In this document: positions 38,904 through 50,900 of the stretch, piece by piece | How positions within the stretch are numbered: position 1 is the stretch's first letter | Layout of the letters: every line of letters starts with the position of its first letter | Origin: Octopus bimaculoides | Lineage: Eukaryota | Length of the DNA: 64,000 bases | Assembly (NCBI RefSeq): GCF_001194135.2 | Contig: NC_069002.1 | Coordinates: 14,925,590 to 14,989,589, forward strand | Direction of reading: 5' to 3' | Notes under the pieces: generated by a model | The model's input: only the letters and a program-made list of their open reading frames with translations | Databases searched by the model: none | What the model was told of the DNA's origin: nothing | Made by a program: the position numbers and the translations under genes

Positions 38904-41900
38904 CACATACACACATAGGATCAAAAAGTTCTTATTGAGCCGTAGCCTCATAAGCTCATAAGGTCAGTTTCCCTGAATTTATGGCATGTATATCCCTATC
39001 TGGATAGGACACTGGTCCTTTGCATGGTTACTCACTTGTGCCAGCTGAGTGATCTGGAGCAGCATGAAATGTAGCATTCTGCTCATGGACAAAACACATT
39101 AGCTAGTACAGGAATTGAAACCACAGTCTTAGAATAATCACTGCAACATCCAAACCACTGAACCACACACAAACATTTAGACTATTGAAAAGGTTGTAAG
39201 ACGCAACAAAAATTTTAGGAAAATAAGAAATAAGTGAAAATTTTACTGGTGAGTGTTAAATTATAAAGCACAAAAAGAAAATGATTCTCCCCAGACGACA
39301 ACAATCTTCAACACACAAACTCACATAAAGAATCTTGCAAGCCAAATCCAAAAACGAAATATCAAGATGAGGTTTCCAAAATATCAAGTAACTTTACCTG
39401 AATATCTTCTATACAGGAGTCTAAAGACATAGCAAATTCGGTGTTAGGCAGAATTTTGAGACAATTTTTGGTGGAATTTTTCCCTTCAATTGTTGTTTTG
39501 CATATAGTAGTTGCTTCTGTTTCTGTTATCTTCTTTGTTGGTGAAGGCCAGGTGAATTCCTGAAATAATAAATTAACTTAGTTAGTGTAGAAAACAATAA
39601 CAGTTTTAACATTATATTATCATAACTAAACAAAACATAACAGATATTTAGAACCCTATGAATGAGAGTTATACAACTTTGAAGATCCAACAATGCAACT
39701 GGATTACATGATTTATATTACATAAAAGATAATCATTTACTGTTAACGAAATACATGCAAGGCTACATATTTTATAAACAAACTCTCCCTGCTTTGTTTT
39801 GTTTTGCTAATACACCATTTTGAGCGTGTCCGTTGCCAGTACTGCCTGACTGGCCTTCGTGCGGGTGACACGTAAAAGCACCCACTACACTCTCGGAGTG
39901 GTTGGCGTTAGGAAGGGCATCCAGCTGTAGAAACTCTGCCATATCAGATTGGAGCCTGGTGTAGCCATCTGGTTTCACCAGTCCTCACTCAAATTGTCCA
40001 ACCCGTGCTAGCATAGAAAGCGGACGTTAAACGATGATGATGATGATGATTATATATATATCGTGGAGGTGCTATGGCCCAGTGGTTTGGGCAGCAGACT
40101 CATGGTCATAGGATCATGGTTTCGATTTCCAGACCAGGCGTTGTGAATGTTTATTGAGCTGAAACACCTAAAAGCTCCATGAGGCTCTGGCAAGGGGGTG
40201 GTAGTGAAACCTGCTGTACTCCTTCACCACCACTTTCTCTCGCTCTTTCTTCCTGTTTCTGCTGTACCTGTACTTCACTCTCCATCTAAAATGTGGTGAT
40301 AATTTTAGCATGTATAGCAAAACAAAAGTGCCCTTGCTACTCTTGGGACCTCCAAAAAATGCCCAGTACTATGGCAGCTGAAATAAAGTTATAATAATAT
40401 TAATAATAAAGAAATGCTATTGATTTTCCCTGAGGAATTGCCAACTTACTGGAGTCACATATGTACTGTTATATTCAAATGTTTCTTCTTCTTGTCTTGA
40501 AATACATTTCTTTGGGATCTTGGCTTTTTTAAGCAGCTTCTTTGTGATATCTTTCACTGGAAGTGTAAAACAAATAACAGATTTTATAGAAAAGAAATGA
40601 GTTGAATGCGAAATTGGTTGGTGGAGAAAATATGTAGAAGTTTTGTTGGAAGGACAGAAGGTGCAGGAGTCCAGCTTTGTCATATATTAAGTCAAGTTCA
40701 AGAATTACATTGACATTACTTGTAACCATTGAATATCTATTTGTTTGTATTTAATATTTTATATATTTTATATTCAACATGTAATCAAGTTTATTGAAAC
40801 CATCAGAGAATCCAGACATCATGTTCTGGTAGCATACCTTTTCGGTGAGACTTCTTGCTTGGTTTACTTCCGCATGTCTGGTAGTCCATGTTGGAGCTAC
40901 ATTCTGTTTCACTTAATGACATACAATTACAGTAGACATGGCCCTCTTCTGTTTTGGTGGGTTCTTTTAGGGGACAGTAACCAGTATATAATGTATCTTT
41001 TTTCTTCACTCTGAAACAGCAAAAGATGATTTTTAATTGATTCACTTGACAATATTCAGACTGATAATAATATATTTAGTTTGATCTCATTAAAGAAGAA
41101 AATTTAGTTTTTCCTTTACTTTTCTTTTCCAAAAAATACTTTAAATATATCCCACTCCCACATCATCATCATCAACATCATCATTATCATTTAACATCTG
41201 TTTTTCATGCTGGCATGGGTTAGACAGTTTGACCAGAGCTGGGAGCCATACCAGGCTCTATTGTCTGTTCTGGCAATGGTTTCTACAGCTGGATATTCTT
41301 TCTAATGCCAATCTCTCCACAGAGTGTTCTAGATGCTTTTTATGTGGTACTGGCATCAGTGCTTTTAACATGGCACCAGCACAGATATCAACTCTACTCT
41401 GATGGATGGGTCTTCTTGAGTACAGCAAAGCACCAAATATCTTGGTACTCTGCCATTTCCTTTTGAGATCAGCCATCAATACTTTGTGCCATATCTTCCT
41501 GGTTTTCCCTCCTTCACAAGTTCAACCCACTCCTTTAAGTCATCAGACTTCTGTATACAACTGTCTACCTCCATATTCATCTCATCATCAAACCAGTGTA
41601 GTCTTCTCTCTTGCATATAAACAGAAGCGTACTTTTGAATTACACGATTCTCTTCTGTGTTTAGTCTTAATGCTTGACACTTTCAGCAAGGGTCTTTTAT
41701 AGATCCCCAAGTTTACCAGTTCTATATGAGTGGAATTTGCTAGATGGAGACTATGTAGAAGACTGTCTTCATACACACATACTCAAATACACACACACAC
41801 ACACACATATTATTCTGGTCAGTCATTCAATTTTGGAATTATCTCCCTTCCATATTCAGAGTTTGTTGCAGCTGCTACTAGGCATTTGTTTACCTTCCTT

Positions 41901-44900
41901 TAAAGAAAAGATAATCTTAGTAAACCAAGAATTTATATTTGGTATTTCGTATGCCTTCCTTCAAATTCATACCAGTGAGCATTCAGAATAGTTATATTCC
42001 TTTGTTCATTTCGTTCAAGCTATGTTGGTTATTCTGGGCTATAAATATTCTTTGCTCTTTTCGTAAATATCTAAATTGTATATCTAGCTGAGGTCAAAAT
42101 TTCTTACTGATGATTACAATTATGATGATGATGATGATGACGACAATGACAATTATGAATGAAAGCAGTGGAAGTTTGAAATGAATAAGTAATGATAACA
42201 GGAAGAAAATATCCAAACATATTATAGAAAAGTCAAAGAAAAAGAATAAAATGAGCTGGGCCAATAGGGGGGCAACTAATAAGGGATAGCCAATAGGGAG
42301 AACCAATAGGGGTTAGCAAATAGGAAACAGTTGATTGGTGGCAAACAATAAGGGCTAATGAACAAAGAGCAGCCAATTGGGAGAAGACAATAGGGGGCAA
42401 CCAATTGAGAGTAGCCAATAGGGAGCAGCCAACAAGGACAGCCTGTGGGGAGAAGCCACTAGGGATAGTGAGTAGGGGGCAACTGGTAGCAGGCAACCAA
42501 TCAAAAGAATCCTTCAGATTCAGGACTATTCTCAACAACCAATGCCAAGCTGTATTGCCATCCTGCAACAGATTTACTGGAAGGGTTTTGCTTTTCTATC
42601 AAAGTGGATCTTGAAGAAGCTGATGAGGGGTTAACTAACCATGGATGAAAGCACCTGTTATTAGTTCTTTCAGCTTTATCCACTATGGAACCCAGCCCAA
42701 AAAAAAAATAATAAAAAATTGCCTGTCCTCCTAAACCCCAAAAAGGTAGAAAGGCAATCCTTATGCTGGACTTGGTCAACAGTTGGGTCTGGAACTGCAG
42801 GAAACAAAAATCTATTTGATACAATTTTAGATTAATATAAAACTGAAAGCTTACCTCCAGCTCAGACTAAATTCATCAGGTCTCTTACCACGTTCAATAA
42901 GAACCTTGCCATTAGACATGACGAAATCATTGTTTTTGTTGCTATCAAAGGAACCACAAAGACCTAGAAAGACAGAAACAAGACATGACAAACAATATAA
43001 GGAAGACTAATCTTTTGTATGTTAAAAGACTCCCTCCATGTTTGTTAGGTCTATCTATTCTTATTTGAGTGTAATTAAAAATTGAATATACATCTTATGT
43101 TGTGATTGTGAAAATGCTTCCTGATCTATCATACATTTTGAACCTTGTATGTAATAATAACAATTTCTTAGTTCCATAGTTTGGTGAAGTGGCAGAAATA
43201 GTAAAGAACCACTTTGCAGAATTTATTTACATTTATAATTAAACTTTGGGAGAGGCATTACGCTGGTAATAAACATACGCACTGGTTCAGTCCTTTATTA
43301 ATTTATAAACAGTATTTAGTTTTTTTTTTTTGTTAAATCATTTCATTGCACTCTTGTAATCTCTTCAGTAACTTGTCTCTCCACTTCCATTTATTTTGAA
43401 TGTATCAAAGCTTAATTGTATTTCTTTCAACACACGTATCCACATCAAGAATCTTGCACACCGAATACACATACAAAATTTACATTTATGTTCTGATTAA
43501 TATTTGTCTTTCATTTGTCAGGGCTTTGTAAAATGCCTATCAGTCAAGTTACATCTGTCATCCACCAAAATTACGGTAGTCCTCTTCTAATTGAACATAA
43601 AAACATATTTCTATCTACCTTCAGTTTTCTTCATATCTGCAGGGGAAGGTTGGACCCAAATATTGATGAACTGTGATGTTCTTTTTCTACCTTTTGCCAC
43701 AATGACAGAAGTACCAGTTGGTAAGATTATCTGAAAGTTAGAAAGGTTATTTCAGAATTCATTTGGTTTACATATGTCATGAAATTTTATCAAGAAATAT
43801 GACAGCTTAAAACAAAACAGTGAAGTCTTATCCCTTCAAGCTGTAACAGTAACAAGAATATTCAACAAACTAAAAAAAGCTTCAATGTGATGCATCAATC
43901 TGCTAGAAATAGCAGGAAAATTTCCCTGATATCGCACTTTTGTTATTTTACACAATCAGAACTAGACATTGTATGATGTAGCCTTAGATGCATAATACCT
44001 AAAATATTAAAACAAAGGAAACAAATGAAAAGATGGAACATTCTAGGCCTGAATGCTGGATCAGAACCAACTTAAGGCTGACCAATAATTTACAATACAA
44101 TTCTATATTTGCGAGAAGAGGAATTTATATTACATATACTGTTTATATTAGTCATATTGATGTCTTATCTTGATTGTTGATTTCACTAGGTTTCTGCTGT
44201 TGAATGCAACGCAAGATACCTGATGAAGGCTGGAGCTTACAACAGCTAAAATGTAGTGTAAACGACAATCATGATGAGGACACCAGTCTAACTAATACAA
44301 GCAGTTTACATAATATTCTACTATATTTATTCATTTATATTTATATAAGGGCATTACTACAGAATAATGCCACACACTAGACTTCCAAAATAAACACATC
44401 TTTACCGAATGTGAAGAAAAGCAACTCTTAAAATAACCAACCTTTTTAAAAAATGAACTCAACTATATATCGAACGATTTCACGATTACTAGAATAATAT
44501 CTAGCTTTCGATCATCAGTATGGGTTCCAGTTGATCCAATCAATGGAACAGCCTGCTCATGAAATTAACGTGCAAGTGGCTGGGCACTCCACAGACACGT
44601 GTACCCTTAAGATAGTTCTCGGGGATATTCAGCATGACACAGTGTGACAAAGCTGACCCTTTGAATTACAGGTACAACAGAAACAGGAAGTAAGAGTGAG
44701 AGAAAGTTGTGGTGAAAGAGTACAACAGGGTTCGCCACCATCCCCTGCTGGAGCATCGTGGAGCTTTAGGTGTTTTTGCTCAATAAACACTCACAACGCC
44801 CGGTCTGGGAATCGAAACAGCGATCATATGACCGCAAGTCTGCTGCCCTAACCACTGGGCCATTGCGCCTCCACGGGCTAAACAATGACCATAAAAGAAA

Positions 44901-47900
44901 AAGCAACAAACAAAAGCTAAGTGAATTATTTCAAAATAAACTTGTCACACTCACTTTGTATTTAAGGCCACCACGTAAACTCAGAATCTTTGTGTTTGGT
45001 GTAAGAATTCCATTGACATAAAGCACTATTTTCAGTGGGCGTCGTTTCTTGGTCTTTCTGGCTCCACACTGATCTATCAAAATGACATCATCTCCTGAGC
45101 GAACAGCAACGGCGCAGTTACAAGATGCATGTCCGTTACAATTGCGATAGAAAGCATGCACCTACGGAAATCAAAGTGTAATTAAATTAGAAGAAGCATA
45201 ACAATGTCTACAGAAACATTTAATGATATAAAACAATTTGGCTTCTATTAACTCATTCAAAATCAACACACTGAGAAACTGCCTCTACTAAATAAGCTGA
45301 AATCTAAATTCAAATCTTTGATTGAAATATTTTTACATGAAAGATAATACAAAATTTCAATGTGTATGAATTTATCTTTTATTTACCCTATCAACCCTAA
45401 ATGTAGCAAAATGATTAGTGTCTGTACCAGGGTTCCACATCCAGGATTTGTACAAAAACATACACAGACATCTCAACCAAAATGTGATTAACTTGAAACT
45501 AATAAACAGAAAGGTAAAAATTAAGGACAATATCAAGAATTGTTGGTCTTTGAATCAATAACAGTATTGTATCAACATTACTGTCATGTGATTAAAGCAA
45601 GGCAAATTAAAGTTACCTTCTTGAGTCACCCCAACTCATAAGGGCTGATTTCACGGTTTCCATGGCATATAAATTCCTCGCCTAGATGGGACACTGGCCC
45701 ATCAGAGGATAATTCATTTTTGACAGCTGAGTGGACTGGAGCAATGTGAAATGAAGCGATTTGCTCAAGAATACAACACATCGCCCGGTTCAGGATTTGA
45801 AACCACAATCTTACAATCACAAGTCCAACACCCTAACCACTAAGCCAGACACTTTCACACCATTAGGTGATTAAGGACCAGGGACCCTCATTTGAGGCTT
45901 ATCATTACCACTGTCTAATTGATATCTTTTATCTTGTCATTCTTTGGACTTGTTTAATGGAACCCTCATTGGTTTACATCAGATTGTTCTAAGGCTTCAA
46001 GAACCTCATTGAGTGAAGCCCCCCCCCCCTTTTTTTTTAAGGGCTTTACGGATTAGTGTGAAAGAAGTGGGGAAACTAACCTCAGAAACAAGACCCAATC
46101 CTAATGTCTGCAGTAGACTGGGCTCCAGAAAAATTAACCCATTGGCCAGGTTAGGTGTGGAGTTAGACAACGTGGCAAATCACTTATTGATTTTAATTAG
46201 AGCAGACTTGGTGGGTAGAGAGTTGCAAACAGCAACAACAACAGAAGCCATTATACTGTACTGCTGCTACCACAACTGCTGCCACCACCACCACCACCAC
46301 CGCTGCCACTGCTGCTGCCACCAACCCCACTGCCATGACCACTTAAAGATTGAAGGCTTATATTTTGGTAATGTGTCCTCATATTTTATAGAGACTAGTG
46401 AAATGCTAAACAAGTAAAACTATGTTACTTACAGCGAATGGTAATGTTTGATGCTGATATAATACAAATTCACCCTCGAAAAAGCAATTGTAGAATCTGC
46501 AAATGACAAATATTTAAGAATTTGTTAAAGAAGAATTTCAAGGAATGCAAAAATAAGAATAAAAACCAAAGATAATCGAAGGATTATGAAATGAACTGGA
46601 CAGTGTCCAAACATCACAACGTGAATGATGTACTTATGTGTTTGTGGAATATTGCTCAGTGGTTAAGCTTGCTTCCCAACTGTAGCCTTGGGTTCAGTGC
46701 CACTGCATGGCACCTTGGGCATGCATTTTCTGTTATCGCCCTGGCCTCACCAAAGCGTTGTGTGTAGATTTGATAGACAGTTAACGGAAAGAAGTTCAAA
46801 CTGTGTGTGTGTGTGTGTGTGCATGCATGTTTGTGCATGCATGTTTCTGTGTGTACATGCATGTGTTTGTGTGTGTGTGTGTTTGTACTTTTCCCTCACC
46901 TTGCTTGACAACCAGTGCTGGTTTGTTTCTGTCCTCATGACCTAACAGTTCATCAAAAGAGACTGGTGAAATGAGCACCAGGCTTTAAAAAAATAATTAA
47001 GCATAGGGGTTCATATATTTGACTGAACCCTTTAATGTGGTGCTCTAGCATGACCACAGTCTCAGAAACTGAAACCAACAAGAGGAAAAGATAACTAAGA
47101 AAACAAAGAAGTTGAATGGAACAGCATAACATCTGCATCAGTTAATATGTTGCAGTAAAAAATGTACAGGTGCATCAGCATCATCACCATCATCATCATC
47201 CACTCAAACCATGTGACTCCAAAATAAACATGGCTGTCTGCACCATATATTGTGTGTGTTTGTGTGTGTAAAAAGTAGATGAACATTAAAGAGGTGTGAT
47301 ACAAGGACTTACCTTCCATCGTATGTTGTTATATGAGGATCATTGATTGATTTACAGACTGCCTTCTTGTTGCTGTCCACAACATCCACCTGTTTTCATT
47401 AGAGAGAGAGAATATAAACCGTGGGTGATAAGAGTGATAGGTTAACAAGTGTGTGTGTGTGTGTGTGTCTGGCTGAGAGAAAAGAGGGATAGAGACAGGC
47501 AGAGAGAAAGGAAGAGAAATACATTTAAATAAATAGAGAGAAGAGAGTGGAAGATATAGACAGACAGATAAATAAACAGTGAGAAGGAGCAGAGACAGAC
47601 AGATGGATAGATAGATAGATAGATAGATAGATTTCTTTTATTAGCCACACAGGGCTCAAGATAGATAGATAGATAGATAAGATAGATAGATAGATAGATT
47701 GATAGATAATTAGATTGATAGATAAACAGACAGATAGATAGATAGATAGATAGATAGATAAATATACAGACAGATAAAAAAAATACATAGATAGACAGAA
47801 AGAGAGAAGGAGAAGGAGAACCAAATAACCATAATTAACATTACTGTCTAATTCAAGAGTTAGAATCTAACAGGTCTACAAGACAAATCTGTGAAACCTT

Positions 47901-50900
47901 TAGCATCATTTCTTAAACCAGTAGGATATATATACTATACTGTATGTTTACTATACTGTATGTATACTATACTGCATTGCAGGATTGAGCAAAAGTTTTG
48001 TTGGAAGTAAGCCAGAATGAAAATGTCTTGTGGGCTGAAGTGAATAAAAAACATAATCAGGGTTACAGAAACAGCCTGCTTTTTTTATAAAATATTTTAT
48101 TCTGTAAACCCTCGTTTGTCATAATAAAAGAATTACTACACATTTAATGATATAAAAAGTGGTGCCATATATGAGACATCATGCCATGAAGAGTTTAAGT
48201 TTTTTTAATTAGGCTGCATGGAGTCAGCTATGGTATCGAGATAAATACAAAGGCAGACATTTTACCTGCTTTTTTAAATGATGGCTCCAGGAGACAGTAC
48301 CTGGTATAAGCTATGTGAAAAATTTACAGCCCTGTCCATGGTTATGAACCCAAAAAGTTTAACTCTTTCTGCTGTCGATTTCTTCAAATTAATTATAAGG
48401 TAACAAAATTAATAATCAACTAACCTGGACTCGTCCAATTTTGGTTTTTATATCAAGCTCGCTGTTGCTAATTGAGATAGAAACCCAACGACTCTGCTGT
48501 TTGTCTCGTAATCCATCAATTGTTGCAATGACAGGAATTTGTAGAACTGATTTCCAGTTCTTGTTGGTGATTGCAAAGTTGCATTTATCTGAGGAGCTGT
48601 CTGCTTCCTGAGAAACATGCCAATGTTCCATGTAACCGAATACAAGTTGAGGGATTACCTCACCCTCACATTTAAAATCTTTTGGATGTTTTTCAAGTTT
48701 GGTGTATACATAGAAATGGCAACTGCTGTTTGAGCACATTAACCGTGGTGGCAATCTTGATTTTACTTCTATATACCCTGCTTTCATACCTTCCACAACT
48801 TTTATCTTGCTTGAAAGAATCTGAAAAAGAAAGAATTAAAATATTTTTTACTTTGGCTGTTCCGTTGATCGGATCGACTGGAACCCTCGACGTCGTAAGC
48901 GATGGAGGGCCAACAACAATACAAGCTGCATCATGGATGCTGCTGTGCATATGTATCTATATAAGGAACAGTGATACTGAGGTACAAAACCTGTTATCTT
49001 CAAGTGAAACAACCTATAGAACATATTGGCATCACTTACCTTAATCTCAGCCACGAGTGCAAGACTGTGACGTTTTGGTCCTTGGGAGTTTTCACAATTC
49101 GAACTGTAGCAAGCAGAAACTGCACAGGTGAGCTGAAGAAAAGGAAATTGCAGATTCCTTTGTTAACAAGATTGAATTCGTAAAGTGATTTGTGAAAAGA
49201 AACAGAGTAACCACCCCCAATTACTACTTTCCTCCCACTCAGTTGAGGGGGTTCTTTAACCTTGTGAAGTTTTATAGGGACCTCACAAGTACTAGTATCA
49301 TGTAAAAATAAATAAATAAATAAATGAAACAAAAAAAACAACAACAAAAAACAGAGAAAAATCATAGAGTACACTCTGTAAAGTGGATGGCATTAGGAAA
49401 GGTATTTAGCCAAATAAACCATCATCCCAAACTGGGATGCAGATGCAGGAGCAAGACATGGCTCTGCACTTTACTGGATCTTTTGGGACCATCCAGCTCA
49501 TGCCTGTGTGGAGAGCAAATATAAAAGGATGATGATGATGATGATGATGAGGAGGAGGAGGATACTGCATACCTTCTGATAAAGCTTGGCCTATACTTTA
49601 TAATTTAAAAAGCTGTAGATTGTATTGTTAAAGATCAAATTCACTCCAACTATGACCATCCTATTTACTCAGACTGCTATTATTTATATGTAGTGTTCCT
49701 CTCCATTCTTACCAGGGGTTGTCATATTCTTGCACAACAAATTCACACTGATTTTAATAATGCATTATCTCATTCATAGCTTTGAAATTTTGATGATGTA
49801 ATTGTTGATTTTTATAATGACATTGTTAAGTGGGCATGAGAGGCCAGTTTGGACATAAAACAGAATATTTTGGGCTGGATATAGCTGGATTAAATGCTCA
49901 AGAGTTAAAATCCCTTAATCCACTACAATATGTGCATCAGTGTCTTTACTAAACAGTTCAATTTTTTGTCGCACTCCAAGTTCTGAATAGAAATCCCTTA
50001 AGAGTTGATATTTGTTTTTAAAGTTTTTGGTTGAGATAGAATAGGTACCAGTAATATAATGAGGTCATTGTGATAAACTACATCACATTCTTTGGTTGAA
50101 GTGGATGAATCCCACCATAACTATTGCAATAACCATAATGACAACAACCACCCTGCGCCAGCAAAGGAGCCACTAATCTGGATGCTTGACCAGAATGAAA
50201 CAGAGATAACAGTGAAATCTCCCTACAATCAAACACTGCTGTCTTTAATTAAAGGAAGGACACATTGCAAGCTGGGGTCCTCGATGTATTATTTGTGGCA
50301 TGTTCTCAGCTGTAATGTATCTGCTTAACCTTTTAAGCATTCAGATTAGTCTGTCAAATTTAATGCTTATTTATTCACATTGTTTTCTATCAATCCTGCA
50401 ATGTATTGCCTTGTGGCTCTCAGATTTTGATGATTGACTGGGGCGCTGTGAGTGTTTATTGAGCAAAAACACCTAAAGCTCCACGAGGCTCCGGCAGGGG
50501 ATGGTGGCAAACCCTGCTGTACTCTTTCACCACAACTTTCTCTCACTCTTACTTCCTGTTTCTGTTGTGCCTGTAATTCAAAGGGTCAACCTTGTCACAC
50601 TGTGTCACGCTGAATATCCCCGAGAACTACGTTAAGGGTACACGTGTCTGTGGAGTGCTCAGCCACATGCACGTTAATTTCATGAGCAGGCTGTTCTGTT
50701 GATCGGATCAACTGGAACCCTCGATGTCGTAGGCGACCTGAGTGCCAACAACAACATAGACTGACATCATAGAGTAGGTGTAAGAGGTCAGATCCAGCCA
50801 GCTTAAAAGAGTTTTTGAGCTTGATATGGCTCGTTTGAATACTAAAGGGTTAAGCAGAGCTGATGTGGAGCTAAACAACAACACGAACAATGAAATGAAG

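Noticed and set aside
41930-42080. Candidate phase-2 exon (YLRKEQRIF...)
   Set aside because: In-frame stop before any donor
42501-42824. 107-aa minus ORF as a candidate exon after exon 15
   Set aside because: The acceptor gives a stop in the required phase 2, while 40838-41010 fits both phase and paralogy
44495-44520. CTGATGA-TC-GAAA-GCTA on the minus strand
   Set aside because: Helix II is absent and helix I is disrupted at a SINE junction; too degenerate to call
50092-50328. VEVDES motif resembling a Merlin/IS1595 transposase
   Set aside because: No other transposase motifs or TIRs; likely chance
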